NCBI GenBank assembly: GCA_963761305.1
Contig: CAVXGK010000001.1
Span: 1,632,001 to 1,696,000, forward strand
Direction: 5' to 3'
DNA from: an uncultured Gemmatimonadaceae bacterium
GTDB lineage: Bacteria; Gemmatimonadota; Gemmatimonadetes; Gemmatimonadales; Gemmatimonadaceae
Length of the DNA: 64,000 nt
Shown: in pieces, positions 29,136 to 39,408 of the stretch
Numbering within the stretch: position 1 is the stretch's first letter
How the letters are laid out: every line of letters begins with the position of its first letter
The notes under the pieces: generated by a model
The model's input: the letters and a program-made list of their open reading frames with translations, nothing else
Told to the model about the DNA's origin: nothing
The model's database searches: none
Made by a program: the position numbers and the translations under genes

Positions 29136-31826
29136 CTACCCGCGCATCGCTTCGACCGGATCGATCTTTGCAGCCCGCCGCGCGGGACCCGCGCTCGCGA
29201 GCACGGCGACGATCAGCAACACGACCGCCGTCGAAGCGAGCACCAAGGGATCGCTGGGGCTGACGTCGAACAGCAGCGACCGTAGCAGTCGTGTTCCCGC
29301 AAGCGCGCAGACGATGCCGAGCGCGACACCGGCCGCCACGATCGCCAGCGATTGTCCGACGACCAGCCGCGTCACCGCGCCGACCTGCGCGCCAAGCGCG
29401 ATGCGAATGCCGATCTCGCTCCGCCGCTGCCCGACGACGTACGCGATCACGCCGTAGATGCCGACCGCGCTCAAGGCCAAGGCGATTGCCGCGGCGATGA
29501 GCATGAGCAGCAGCGTGAACGACGTCTGCGCCATCGACTTCGCGACGACGAGTTCCATCGGCTGAACGTCCGCGACGATCGCCTTTGGCTCGACTTGCGC
29601 GAGCATCGCGCGGATCGCCCCCACCAGCAGCGACGTGCTGACGCCTGGCGCCTTGACGACGAGCGTCAAATCAGCGCCGACGTTCCAGTTGGGCGTGGCC
29701 GGTGTGGCGAGCATCGGCAGTAGTACTTCTTGAATTGGCGGAGTCTGCAGCCCGTTCGACCGGATGTCCTCCGTCACCGCGACCACCGGGAAGGCGTTCG
29801 TCGGGTTGAACGGCTTGACGATGTGTCCAAGCGCGCTCTGGTCCTCCCAGAACCGCTTGGCGAATGCGGCCGTGATGACGGCCGGCGCGGTGCGCGCTTC
29901 GACCGCTTCCCACGTCGGGGCCGCGCCCGTGAACTTGATTCCCATCGTCTCTAGGTAGCCGGGCGTGATCGTGCTCATCGGCATGCAGTTGCCCGACTCG
30001 CCGAGCGAGTTCGTCACGTCGACCGTGAGCCCGCTGCAGCCCCACCCGCCCGACAGCGGAAGTTGATCGACCGCGCCGGCGTGGAGCACGCCGGGAATCG
30101 TTCCGACCCGCGCGATGAACGAATGCCAGAACGTCTCGGCGCTCTGCGCCGTGTGGTAGTCGCGCGGCAAGATGATGGACATCGTTTCGACGCCGCTCGG
30201 GTCGAACCCCGGGTGCACGCGCCGCAGCTTGGCGAAGCTCTCCGCCATCATCCCCGCGCCGGCGAGCAGCACGACGGCGAGGGCAACCTGCGCGAGCACC
30301 AGCCCCCGCCGCGCCACCTCGCGCGACTTCGATGACGTGAGGCCGCGGCCACCGTCGCGCAGCGACGCGACGTCCAGCCCCGCCGCACCGAGCGGGAGCA
30401 CGCCAAAGACGGCGCCGAAGGCCAGCGCCGATCCGAGACAGAACGCGACGCCGCGCCAATCGACCGCAACCTCGGCGAGACGCGGCAGGGTTTGCGGCGC
30501 GATCACCAGCACGACGTGCAGCAACAGCCCCGCCATCGCGATCGCCGCCGCGCCGGCGGCAACCGCGAGCAACATGCTTTCCGTGAGATAGTGAATCGCC
30601 AGGTGCGTCCGATCCGCGCCGAGGGCCGTACGCACGGCCACCTCACGCCGGCGCGCTTCGATGCGCACCAGGAACAGGTTCGCCACGTTCGCCGCCGCGA
30701 TGAGCAGCACGAACGCCACGGCACCGAAGATGAGCCACAACCCGCGCACGATCGACGCACCGACGACGTGATCGCGCAGCGACGTCACGTTCATCGCGAA
30801 TCCGGAGCGGTCGAGGAACCCCTTGGCATAGACGGTCGGATACTGCTCCTGCATCCGCCGCTGCACACGCTGGATGTCGGCGAGCGCGGAGGCGACGGTC
30901 ACATTTGGCTTGAGCAGACCGATGGCCGAATGCGTGTGGTTGTTGATCGGTGGCTCGCTCGGATTCAGATATTCGCGAATCCATACGTCGGCGTTCACGT
31001 CGGGAATCGTCGCTCCCGCCGGCAGCACGCCGATGATCTCAAGCGACGTCGTGTCGCCCGTCATCAGTCGTTTGCCGACGACGTGCGGATCGCCGCCGAA
31101 CCGCCGCAGCCAGTATCCGTGCGAGATCAGGGCGTAGCGCGGATCGCCGTTGGGAAGCCGCTCGTCCTCTTCGCCGATCGCGCGTCCCAATTCGGGGCGA
31201 ATTCCGAGTAGACGAAACGTGCTCGCGCTCACGTCGACTTCGGGCACTCGTTCGGCGGGGTGCGCCGCGTCTCCCGGCACGACGAGCATGTCCTCGTCGT
31301 ACATCGCGACGTCGGTCAGCACCCGGCTATTTGTCTTGAAGTAGAAGTACTGCCCTTTTGAGAGCATGTACTCCTCCCCTTCCTTGACTTTCGGCCACAG
31401 CGTGCCGAGGTGAACGAGCCGGTTGGCGTTGGGATAGGCCAGCGGACGAATTACCACGCGGTCGAGCAGGGTGAACATCGTCGTCGCCGCGCCGAGGCCG
31501 AGCGCCAGTGTGAGCGCCGCGATGAGTGAGAACGAAGGCGCGCGGCCGAGCGAGCGCGCCGCGCGTCGTGTCTCGCGGGACAGGGTGTCGAAGAGTTCCA
31601 TGCGATTTCTCCGGCGCAGCATGTCGTTGTCGATGTCGCGTGCTTGTCGGCGATAGGCCTCGTAGTCTCCGAACCGGCGGCGCGCCTCGCGCTCGGCGTC
31701 GGCGCGCGAGAGTCCTTCGCTCTGCATGATCTCGTCGATGCGGCCCTCGAGGTGGAACCGGAGCTCGTCGTCGACCTCGCGATCCGCGCGCCGGCCGCCG
31801 CCGGGAAGTCGAAAGACACGCTTCAT
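29136..31826 (-). CDS. Duplicated orphan ABC permease (ADOP-type) with permease prefix domain
   Basis: EVDDELRFHLE...EARRRFGD, REVAVRTALGA, EIGIRIALGA, DPVEAMRG; ATGA coupling to padR. Confidence 0.92.
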   Translation of the reverse strand: MKRVFRLPGGGRRADREVDDELRFHLEGRIDEIMQSEGLSRADAEREARRRFGDYEAYRRQARDIDNDMLRRRNRMELFDTLSRETRRAARSLGRAPSFSLIAALTLALGLGAATTMFTLLDRVVIRPLAYPNANRLVHLGTLWPKVKEGEEYMLSKGQYFYFKTNSRVLTDVAMYDEDMLVVPGDAAHPAERVPEVDVSASTFRLLGIRPELGRAIGEEDERLPNGDPRYALISHGYWLRRFGGDPHVVGKRLMTGDTTSLEIIGVLPAGATIPDVNADVWIREYLNPSEPPINNHTHSAIGLLKPNVTVASALADIQRVQRRMQEQYPTVYAKGFLDRSGFAMNVTSLRDHVVGASIVRGLWLIFGAVAFVLLIAAANVANLFLVRIEARRREVAVRTALGADRTHLAIHYLTESMLLAVAAGAAAIAMAGLLLHVVLVIAPQTLPRLAEVAVDWRGVAFCLGSALAFGAVFGVLPLGAAGLDVASLRDGGRGLTSSKSREVARRGLVLAQVALAVVLLAGAGMMAESFAKLRRVHPGFDPSGVETMSIILPRDYHTAQSAETFWHSFIARVGTIPGVLHAGAVDQLPLSGGWGCSGLTVDVTNSLGESGNCMPMSTITPGYLETMGIKFTGAAPTWEAVEARTAPAVITAAFAKRFWEDQSALGHIVKPFNPTNAFPVVAVTEDIRSNGLQTPPIQEVLLPMLATPATPNWNVGADLTLVVKAPGVSTSLLVGAIRAMLAQVEPKAIVADVQPMELVVAKSMAQTSFTLLLMLIAAAIALALSAVGIYGVIAYVVGQRRSEIGIRIALGAQVGAVTRLVVGQSLAIVAAGVALGIVCALAGTRLLRSLLFDVSPSDPLVLASTAVVLLIVAVLASAGPARRAAKIDPVEAMRG

Positions 31827-32179
31827 CGCGCGGTTCCCACAGCGGTACCGCGCGCGTCGAGTACGAGACCCACAACGCCGGTGTAGCGTGTCCAACGTTC
31901 GTGCTCGGCGGTGAGGTGCTTCCGTCCGGCGGCGGTGAGACGGTAGAACTTCGCCTTGCGATTTCGCTCCGTGTATCCCCAATCGGCGCCGAGCCAGCCT
32001 TTGCTCTCCATGCGGTGCAGCGCGGGGTAGAGCGCGCCTTCTTCGATCTGAAGTTGATCGTGCGTCGCGTTCTGGATCCAGCGCAGCACGGCGAGACCGT
32101 GCATCGGTCCCCAGGACAACGTCTTGAGGATCAGCAAGTCGAGCGTGCCACGAACGAGGTCGACCTCGGGCTGGTTCAT
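31823..32179 (-). CDS. PadR family regulator (acidobacterial-type)
   Basis: LVRGTLDLLILKTL..GPMHG...EEGALYPALHRM...NRKAKFYRLT. Confidence 0.93.
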   Translation of the reverse strand: MNQPEVDLVRGTLDLLILKTLSWGPMHGLAVLRWIQNATHDQLQIEEGALYPALHRMESKGWLGADWGYTERNRKAKFYRLTAAGRKHLTAEHERWTRYTGVVGLVLDARGTAVGTAR

Positions 32180-32221
32180 TCGTTGGCTCCACGACCCCGG
32201 GATGAGCGGTGCGCCCTGTTA

Positions 32222-32236
32222 CCTAAGATTCTTAGG
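32222..32236. promoter_or_regulatory. Palindromic candidate operator for the second padR
   Basis: CCTAAGA-T-TCTTAGG, 43 nt upstream of the ATG. Confidence 0.5.
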
Positions 32237-32336
32237 CTCAGACAGCACCAGCGCAAGAAGGGTTGCCTGGATCGTCTCACTCGCCTCGTGCCGCGGTGAC
32301 GCCTTCGGGGTGCCCGGGGTTTAGCGAGCAAGGCTG

Positions 32337-32882
32337 ATGATCAGGGACCTCAAAGACCCGAAGCGATCGATCCTCCTGCTGGCAGCTACGCTCGTCGTGG
32401 CCTGCTCGGCGGCGCCTCCGATCGCGCCGTCCGACGGCGAGCTGCCGATCGGAACCTGGGGCGGCGACAGCGCGGGAATGATCGTCGGCGACACGTCGAT
32501 GCATCTGCACGTCGGGTGTACGTTCGGCGACGTCTCCGGGCGCATCAATGTCGCCGGCGACGGGAGCTTCGACGTCGAGGGCACGTACACGCTGCATGCG
32601 TTTCCGATTGCCGTAGGCCCGACCGACCCCGCGCGGTTCACCGGCACGGTGACCGGCATGACGGCAATCGTGACGGCAACGATTCAGGACACCGCGCAGC
32701 ACCAGACCGTGATGCACGGGCCGGTCGTCGTCTCGCTCGGCGTCGACCCTCGGCTCGGCCCATGTCCGATCTGCGCGCGCCCGGTGGTGACCAAATCCCT
32801 CGGAGCGCGACTCGAAACGCGAATGTCGGCGATGCTACGCACGACGGCTCGGAGCGTTCGTCGGCTGGTCGGAGCGGATTAG
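32337..32882 (+). CDS. Hypothetical lipoprotein
   Basis: Lipobox-like LLLAATLVVAC; beta-rich body GTWGG...VGCTFG. Confidence 0.65.
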   Translation: MIRDLKDPKRSILLLAATLVVACSAAPPIAPSDGELPIGTWGGDSAGMIVGDTSMHLHVGCTFGDVSGRINVAGDGSFDVEGTYTLHAFPIAVGPTDPARFTGTVTGMTAIVTATIQDTAQHQTVMHGPVVVSLGVDPRLGPCPICARPVVTKSLGARLETRMSAMLRTTARSVRRLVGAD

Positions 32883-32920
32883 TCGCTGAGGGCCGGCCTG
32901 ACGTAAGATCCAGTCCGGCC

Positions 32921-33910
32921 ATGAGCGACACTTTGCACGACCCTGGAACCGAACGCGCCCACGCGCGCGCCGACGCACACGCGTTTCCTCGACGCTTCAC
33001 GATCGGCAGGTCCGACGTTCGCGTCGGCACGGCGGGCTGGACCGACAAGACGCTCACCGCGCGCGGCGTGTTCTATCCCGCCGACGCGAAAACGCCGGAG
33101 GACCGGCTTCGCTACTACGCGTCCCGCTTCGCGCTCGTCGAGGCCGACATGGGGTTCTACGCGATCCCCGACCGCGCGCTCACCGAGCGCTGGGTCGAGC
33201 GCACGCCCGACGACTTCGTGTTCGACGTCAAAGCCCATGCGCTGATGACGGGCCACGCCACCGACGTCGCTCGGCTGCCGCGCGTGATTCGCGACGAGAT
33301 CCCGTCCGACGCCGGCCCGCGCGTGTACGCGAAGGACCTTCCGCCCGAACTGGACGACGAGGTGTGGCGCCTCTTCCGCGATGCGATGGAGCCGCTCCAC
33401 GCGAGCGGCAAGCTCGGCGCCGTCCTGCTCCAGTTCGCGCCGTGGGTGCTGCCCAACCGGGGAACGCCGGCGATGTTCGCTCGAGTGCGCGAGCGCCTGG
33501 GCGATCTGCCCGTGTCGATGGAGTTCCGTAATCCGAGCTGGCTGGCGACACGTCTTCGCGAGCGGCTCTGGGCGCAATTGCGCGATCAGGGTTTGACGTA
33601 CGTCGTCGCCGACACACCGCCGGGCACGAAGACGAGCCTCCCGATCGCGCCGGCAGTCACGACGCCCGACCTGGCGATCGTGCGTCTACACGGCCGCCGC
33701 AGCGAACTGTGGGGCGCGCGCGAGGCGACGGTGCTCGAGAAATACCGCTATCTCTACGACGCGGACGAGCTCGCCGACTGGCTGCCGACCATTCTCGAGT
33801 TGGCGGAACAGGCCGAACGAGTCCACGTCGTGTTCAACAACTGTTACGCGAACTATGGAACGACAAACGCGGCCGAGTTGGCCGCGTTGATCGACGACGG
33901 AGAGCGATGA
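32921..33910 (+). CDS. DUF72 (YecE-like) protein
   Basis: VRVGTAGW, LRYYASRF, FDVKA, GAVLLQF, EFRN, VRLHGR, YRYLY, VFNN. Confidence 0.9.
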   Translation: MSDTLHDPGTERAHARADAHAFPRRFTIGRSDVRVGTAGWTDKTLTARGVFYPADAKTPEDRLRYYASRFALVEADMGFYAIPDRALTERWVERTPDDFVFDVKAHALMTGHATDVARLPRVIRDEIPSDAGPRVYAKDLPPELDDEVWRLFRDAMEPLHASGKLGAVLLQFAPWVLPNRGTPAMFARVRERLGDLPVSMEFRNPSWLATRLRERLWAQLRDQGLTYVVADTPPGTKTSLPIAPAVTTPDLAIVRLHGRRSELWGAREATVLEKYRYLYDADELADWLPTILELAEQAERVHVVFNNCYANYGTTNAAELAALIDDGER

Positions 33911-33916
33911 GTGGCC

Positions 33917-34150
33917 CTAGGCGGCGAGCCGCCCGTTCGGCTTCCAGACCGGCGATCCCTTCCCGCTTGGATCTCCGATGCATTCGTAGACCGCGGGCGG
34001 AAATCCGTAAACACCAATCTCGAGAATGTCGCCTGCTTTCACGGTGACGTGCTGACCCAATGCGTCCACCGCGGCGAGGAATGACTCGCTCTCGATGACT
34101 CCATCTTGCCGCGAGGCCACGCCTCGCACAGAAAAACGGAATTGGGACAT
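33917..34150 (-). CDS. Small hypothetical protein (77 aa)
   Basis: GAGG RBS, protein-like composition, fills the intergenic gap. Confidence 0.6.
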   Translation of the reverse strand: MSQFRFSVRGVASRQDGVIESESFLAAVDALGQHVTVKAGDILEIGVYGFPPAVYECIGDPSGKGSPVWKPNGRLAA

Positions 34151-34290
34151 TATAGATTGCCTCGGTGTTCGTTCCAGGTTTTAGTACCCCTGCAGGTTCC
34201 TACGGTTGCAGGGCCTGCTCGGTGCCACCGTGCTGTTCGGGGGTATCCAGATCGCAGCACACTCGCGCACCTCGACTTCCGACACTTCTG

Positions 34291-36396
34291 ATGCGACTTC
34301 CCGTCCCCCTCCTACTGCCCCGGCCAGTCTCCCTTGCCGTTGCCGCCGCGGCCCTGGCCGGCCTGCCAGCCGCCGGCGTGCTCGCCCAGCAGCCGCGCTC
34401 CATCACGTTCGACGACTTTTCGGCCGTGCGCGGCGTGAGCGACCCGCAGCCGTCCCCCGACGGCAAGTCGGTCCTCTTCGCCGCGCGCACGACCGACGTG
34501 TCGGCCGACTCACGTACAGCGCACACGTACGTGATCCCGGTCGGCGGCGGTTTGCCGCGAGCGTTTCCCGCGGCCGAGGTCTCCGCGACCGAAGCGCGTT
34601 GGTCTGCGGATGGAAAACGCATTGCCTACATCGCGGCCGGACAACTCTGGGTGGCCGACGCGAGCGGCGGCGCTCGCAAACAACTCACCGACTTGAACGG
34701 TGGAGCCACCGGACCGATCTGGTCGCCGAATGGCGATCAGATCGCATTCACGTCCGCGGTGTATCCCGAATGCACCACCGACGCGTGCAACACTGCCAGG
34801 GCCAAGGCCGCGGCCGACAGCAAGGTGAAGGCACATGTCGCCGATGAACTGTTGTATCGGCACTGGAACGCGTGGGATGAAGGCACGCGCTCACATCTTT
34901 TCATCGTCGGCGTCGACGGCGGCGCGCCACGCGACCTCGTGCCCGGCGTGAAATACGACATTCCCCCCGGTCCGTTCGGCGGCAGCGAGGGCTACGCCTG
35001 GTCGCCGGACGAGCACGAGCTGGCGTACACGGCCAAGGATCAGGGTCGCGCCGACGCGTGGACGACGGATCTCAACGTCTACACAATCGCCACGTCGGGC
35101 GGCGCTCCCGCGGTGATCACCGCGTCGAACAAGGGCGCCGACGCGAATCCCGTCTACTCGCCGGATGGCAAGTACATCGCGTACGCGTCGCAAGCGCGCG
35201 CCGGATTCGAGTCGGACCGCCAGCGCCTCATGCTCTACGATCGAGCGCGCCATTCGAGCCGGGAGCTGTTGCCAAAGTGGGATCGCAACGCCGACGCGTA
35301 CTTCTGGTCGCCGGATTCAAAGATCGTCTACGTGCAGACGACCGACGCCGGCCGCGACAAGCTCTATCGCGTCGACGTCTCGAACGCCGGCGAAGCGAGC
35401 ACGCCGCAACTGGTCGTCGGTGAGCACAACAACTCGGCGTTCGCGCTGTCGCACGACGGTCATACGATCGCCTGGACGCGCAACGCGACGCAGTTTCCGG
35501 CCGAGGTGTACGTCGCCGACGTTACGTCGAGCGGCGCGTTCGCCGCGCACGCGCTCACGCACGAGAATGACGCCCTGGTCGCGCAGCTCGCGCTCAACCC
35601 CGCCGAGGATTTCTGGTTCACCGGCGCGGCGGGGGCGAAGGTGCAGGGCTTCATCGTCAAGCCGCCGAACTGGCGTCCGGGTCGCAAGTATCCCGCGATT
35701 CTGCTGATCCACGGCGGACCGCAAGGCGCGTGGCTCGACGAGTGGCACGGCCGCTGGAACTATCAGATGTTCGCCGCGACCGGCGCCGCGCTCATCATCG
35801 TGAACCCGCGCGGTTCGACGGGCTACGGGCAGAAGTTCGTCGACGACGTGTCGAAGGGCTGGGGTGGAAAGGTCTACACGGATCTCATGAACGGCCTCGA
35901 CGCGGCGCTGGCGAAGAATTCATGGATCGATTCGACCGAGCTCGGCGCCGCAGGCGGATCGTTCGGCGGCTACATGGTGGACTGGATCGCCGGCCACTCG
36001 ACGCGCTTCAAGGCGCTGGTGTCGCATGCGGGTCCGTTCAATCTCGAGAACATGGCCACCGCGACCGAGGAGCTGTGGTTCCCGGATTGGGAATACAGCG
36101 GGCCGTTCTGGGATTCCAAGGCGATGGCGACGCAGTATCGCGTCTACTCGCCGCATCTGTTCGTGAAGAACTTCAAGACGCCGACGCTCGTGACCGGCGG
36201 TGAGCTCGACTATCGCGTGCCGTATACCGAAGACCTCTCGATGTTCACGTCGCTCCAGCGCATGAACGTGCCGAGCCGGTTGGTGATCTTCCCCGACGAA
36301 GGACACTGGATCCTCAAGCCGCAGAACCAGAAGCTGTGGTGGGGCGAGGTGCAGAGTTGGCTCGAGAAGTATTTGAGCTCGAACCCGAAGGCTTGA
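34291..36396 (+). CDS. S9 family (acylaminoacyl/dipeptidyl-like) peptidase with beta-propeller
   Basis: Signal peptide, SPDG repeats, IHGGPQ, GGSFGG, DYRVP, DEGHW. Confidence 0.93.
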   Translation: MRLPVPLLLPRPVSLAVAAAALAGLPAAGVLAQQPRSITFDDFSAVRGVSDPQPSPDGKSVLFAARTTDVSADSRTAHTYVIPVGGGLPRAFPAAEVSATEARWSADGKRIAYIAAGQLWVADASGGARKQLTDLNGGATGPIWSPNGDQIAFTSAVYPECTTDACNTARAKAAADSKVKAHVADELLYRHWNAWDEGTRSHLFIVGVDGGAPRDLVPGVKYDIPPGPFGGSEGYAWSPDEHELAYTAKDQGRADAWTTDLNVYTIATSGGAPAVITASNKGADANPVYSPDGKYIAYASQARAGFESDRQRLMLYDRARHSSRELLPKWDRNADAYFWSPDSKIVYVQTTDAGRDKLYRVDVSNAGEASTPQLVVGEHNNSAFALSHDGHTIAWTRNATQFPAEVYVADVTSSGAFAAHALTHENDALVAQLALNPAEDFWFTGAAGAKVQGFIVKPPNWRPGRKYPAILLIHGGPQGAWLDEWHGRWNYQMFAATGAALIIVNPRGSTGYGQKFVDDVSKGWGGKVYTDLMNGLDAALAKNSWIDSTELGAAGGSFGGYMVDWIAGHSTRFKALVSHAGPFNLENMATATEELWFPDWEYSGPFWDSKAMATQYRVYSPHLFVKNFKTPTLVTGGELDYRVPYTEDLSMFTSLQRMNVPSRLVIFPDEGHWILKPQNQKLWWGEVQSWLEKYLSSNPKA

Positions 36397-36433
36397 CGCG
36401 CCCGGCTGGCCGCTCTATCGGGACCACTTCGGT

Positions 36434-36677
36434 AACTGCTTCGACGCAGAGGCGCGGAGAAACGGAGAGGCGGAAAGGTACACCCAACCATCGTTGCGCC
36501 ACGAGCCGGGATTTTTTGGGGAACAGCCGCTCGGGAAGCGTCGTGCATCCGTCAAAAGCATGAAGCGTCCCGAGCGGCCGTTCCCAAAGAATCCCGGCTC
36601 GTTGTGCGACGGAATTCGTGTGTTCTCCTCGTCTCTGCCTCTCCGCGTCTCTGCGTCGAGCAGTTGTAGTTGCAGTT
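36434..36677. repeat. Nested inverted-repeat element, copy 3 (shorter loop)
   Basis: Same arms; lies between the convergent S9 and S8 genes. Confidence 0.85.
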
Positions 36678-36688
36678 GCTTTGTCGGC

Positions 36689-39322
36689 CTAGTTACCGGA
36701 TCGAACCTCGAGCCGGTACCGGCCGTGTGACGAGAGGAACGACGCCCCCGTCCCCGTCACGGTCGCGTAGACGATTCCCGGCGTGAGCGTGAGGCGCACG
36801 CGCGAGCAAAACGGACTCGGGAGCGTGTTGACGTTGTCGCTCGAGCCGAGGCTCGCTCCGGCCGCCGACGCCACGCTGAGGAACGTGTCGAGCTCGATGC
36901 CGAAGCCGCACGAGCCGACCACGCCCGACGTTTCGAACGTGTAGGTCCCGGCTGTCGGGATCATCACCCGATACATGTCGTGCGTGTCGGGCGTCGTGAT
37001 CTCGCCGACGGCGTAGCTCCCGACGGTGAGGATGTTGGCGTGCGAAATGTCGTCGTTGGGTTCGACCTCCACCGGCAGCGCGAGCGTGATGCCCGTCGTC
37101 TGCACGCCCCCGGCGACGTTGAACACCGTCGAGTTGCCGAGTCCACCGGCAACCGAGAAGCGCCGGCCGGGCACGCCGATCAAGGAGTCACCCGCTTCGT
37201 CTTCGCCGGCCTGCACGTAGTACGATGAGCCGTTCGTCAGCTTGGCGAATGCAAAGCTGCCGTCAGGGTTGACCTTCGCGGTCCGCGCGACCGTGCCCAA
37301 CGTCGCGTCCACCAAGCGGACGTACGTCTGACGCGCCGGGCCGGTGGTCTGCGTCAACGCGTTGTAGGCGTCCACGATCCCCCAACCGAATGAATCGCTG
37401 CGCGACGCGCCGGCCGGCCGCGTCGCGAATTGTTCGATGCGCGACCGGAGCTGCACCGCGGTGAGCGCGGGATTCTGCGCCAGCAGCAGCGCGGCGACTC
37501 CCGAAACGAACGGCGCCGACGCCGACGTGCCGTAGCCGAGGATGAACTGGGGCGAGTTTCCTTCGAAATCCCAGCCGGGTCCGATCACCGCGTCACCGCC
37601 GTTGTCGTCGAGGCGGAAGTCGCCGCCCGGCGCCGCGACGGAGATGTTGGTACCGGCGTTCGAGTAGGTGGCGAGCGATCCGTCCATCCCGACCGCCGAC
37701 ACCGCCATCACGCCCGGATACGCCGCGGGAAACGTCGGAACCTGCTCGTCGCTCTCGTTGTTGCCGGCCGACGCGACGATCAGCGTGCCCGCCGACACCG
37801 CGGCCGCGACCGCGTCGCTCATGACCGGATCGTCGAAGCCGCCGCCCAAGCTCATGTTCATGATCGGCGACCGCGGCGCCTGGACCATCGTGTTGTTGGC
37901 GCCGAGCGCTGGCAACCCCGCGGCGTACAACACGCCCTGGGCGATGTCGAAGAACGTGCCCGAGCCCATGATGTCGAGCACCCGGATCGGGCGAATCTTC
38001 ACGTTCCAGTTCACGCCGGCCACGCCAAGGTTCTGGTTGCCGACCGCGCCGATGATTCCCGACGTCCACAACCCGTGGTCGCCGGCCGACAAGTGGAACC
38101 AGCAGTTGGCGATCGAATCGAACGCGATGTCGTCGGTGTCCGTCGGGTCCGGGTCGGGGCCATCGCCGTCGCCGGCCGTCGTGTTGTACGAGAATGGATT
38201 CCCGTCGTCGCAATTCACGTTCGTCGAATCGAAGGCAAAGCCGGTGACGAAGTCGTAGCCGTCTTTGGTGAGATTGGGCGCGACGCTGGCGTGCTCGAAG
38301 CGGACGCCCATGTCGAGCACGGCGACCGTGACGTTCGAGCTGCCGGTTGTCACCGCCCACGCCCTGGGCAGGTCGACCATGTTCGCCGCCCACATCTCGT
38401 ACGGATAGAAGTGGTCGTTCGGGAGGATCGTGTTCACCGCGCTTCGCGACGGGCCGGCGGACGCGGCATCAGCGGCGCGCATCTGCGCGAAGAGCGACGC
38501 GTTCGCGACACGCGCCTGCGGCGCGCCGTCGCGAATGCTGATCGTGTGTTCGCGCTCGACGTAGGCGACGTCCGACTCGGCCCGCAGCGAATCGATCACG
38601 GCGTCGATGCGTGTCGTGTCGTCGATCGTGAGCCGCGCGGCGAGAATCACCGGCGAGATCTCCGGCCGGCGCATCGCGTGCGACGCGGCGAGCGCGTTGA
38701 CGCGCGAACGAAGGCGGCTCACCGCCGACTGGGCCGTCGACATCGCGCGATACGACATCGATCCGGCCGTGGCCAGGCCCAACGGCGCGCCCTTGAACCC
38801 GATCACGATGCGATTCGAGGGCATCCGCTTTCCTGCCGCGAACGACTTGGCGGTGGACGCGAGCGCGACCCGCGACGGCAGCCGGTTGAACGTGCTCGCG
38901 AACGGATTCACCACCGCCGGCGTCACCGTCCCGGCGATCGTCGCTCCGTTGCCGGCGACGAACGACACCGAGGCCGCCGGAATCTGCGCGCTCGTCACGG
39001 TCACGACCTGCGTGCCGACCGTCGCCGACAGCGTCCACGTCACCGACGACTGGCCGCTCTGGTCGGTCGTCGTGCTCGCGGCGCTCAACGTGCCGCCGCC
39101 GGTCACGGTCCACGCGAGCGGCACGCCCGCGACGGCCTTTCCGCCTCCGTCGAGCACCCGCACGACCAGCGCCGTGTCGAGCGCCGACGACACGTTCGCC
39201 GATTGGTTGTTCCCGGACACGATGACGAGGGTCGTCGGCGTGTGTGGGATGGTCGCCGAGTCGTGGCAAGCGGCGAGAGCGGCGGCTGCCACGGCAGTCG
39301 CGAGAATGGCCCGAGAATTCAT
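36689..39322 (-). CDS. S8 subtilisin-like lipoprotein protease with Ig-like and PPC-like domains
   Basis: Lipobox ALAAC; triad VAVLDMG / DHGLWTSG / GTSASAP; EVEPND. Confidence 0.9.
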   Translation of the reverse strand: MNSRAILATAVAAAALAACHDSATIPHTPTTLVIVSGNNQSANVSSALDTALVVRVLDGGGKAVAGVPLAWTVTGGGTLSAASTTTDQSGQSSVTWTLSATVGTQVVTVTSAQIPAASVSFVAGNGATIAGTVTPAVVNPFASTFNRLPSRVALASTAKSFAAGKRMPSNRIVIGFKGAPLGLATAGSMSYRAMSTAQSAVSRLRSRVNALAASHAMRRPEISPVILAARLTIDDTTRIDAVIDSLRAESDVAYVEREHTISIRDGAPQARVANASLFAQMRAADAASAGPSRSAVNTILPNDHFYPYEMWAANMVDLPRAWAVTTGSSNVTVAVLDMGVRFEHASVAPNLTKDGYDFVTGFAFDSTNVNCDDGNPFSYNTTAGDGDGPDPDPTDTDDIAFDSIANCWFHLSAGDHGLWTSGIIGAVGNQNLGVAGVNWNVKIRPIRVLDIMGSGTFFDIAQGVLYAAGLPALGANNTMVQAPRSPIMNMSLGGGFDDPVMSDAVAAAVSAGTLIVASAGNNESDEQVPTFPAAYPGVMAVSAVGMDGSLATYSNAGTNISVAAPGGDFRLDDNGGDAVIGPGWDFEGNSPQFILGYGTSASAPFVSGVAALLLAQNPALTAVQLRSRIEQFATRPAGASRSDSFGWGIVDAYNALTQTTGPARQTYVRLVDATLGTVARTAKVNPDGSFAFAKLTNGSSYYVQAGEDEAGDSLIGVPGRRFSVAGGLGNSTVFNVAGGVQTTGITLALPVEVEPNDDISHANILTVGSYAVGEITTPDTHDMYRVMIPTAGTYTFETSGVVGSCGFGIELDTFLSVASAAGASLGSSDNVNTLPSPFCSRVRLTLTPGIVYATVTGTGASFLSSHGRYRLEVRSGN

Positions 39323-39408
39323 GAAGTCAACTCGATACGCCGCTCGGCGGCGCAAACGGCTCAAGGGTGGGCGAGCGTGCTAATTCAACTTTTCATGAAG
39401 AGCGTTCG

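Noticed and set aside
31827..32192. N-terminal extensions of the permease ORFs (also 26310-26471)
   Set aside because: They overlap the padR genes; ATGA-coupled starts fit better.
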